Of a stretch of DNA of 64,000 bases, positions 63,995 to 64,000 are shown piece after piece. The notes below the pieces were generated by a model. That model saw only the letters and a program-made list of their open reading frames with translations, had not been told where the DNA came from and did not search any database. The stretch covers positions 48,918,001 to 48,982,000 of the forward strand of contig OZ024750.1 in the NCBI GenBank assembly GCA_964016885.1, in the 5' to 3' direction. Position 1 is the first letter of the stretch. Every line of letters starts with the position of its first letter. The translations under genes were made by a program, and so were the position numbers. This DNA comes from Eledone cirrhosa. Lineage: Eukaryota.

Positions 63995-64000
63995 CACACA

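Overview
AT-rich, microsatellite-rich animal genomic DNA; the SINE family and (TA)n density suggest a cephalopod/octopus-like genome (inference). The host genes are a tandem cluster of four UDP-glycosyltransferases (UGT-A 10399, -B 36265, -C 40104/40185, -D 45136, all +). Each has its whole CDS in one exon just behind a splice acceptor. Their C-terminal halves are nearly identical at the DNA level while the N-terminal halves diverge. UGT-C lost its ATG and gained a new one after the signal peptide, and UGT-D has Gln in place of the catalytic His. Most of the rest is nested mobile DNA: an intact R4/Dong-like RLE retrotransposon, a near-intact Tx1-like LINE bracketed by (TAA)n, relics of both, tRNA-like SINEs, and a decayed Gypsy element split by a hAT transposon. 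The non-coding DNA also holds several minimal type-I hammerhead ribozyme motifs. These include a ~470-bp tandem/inverted repeat with three identical hammerheads (retrozyme/Penelope-like) and a second palindrome with the same divergent layout. All calls were made by eye and relic boundaries are approximate.
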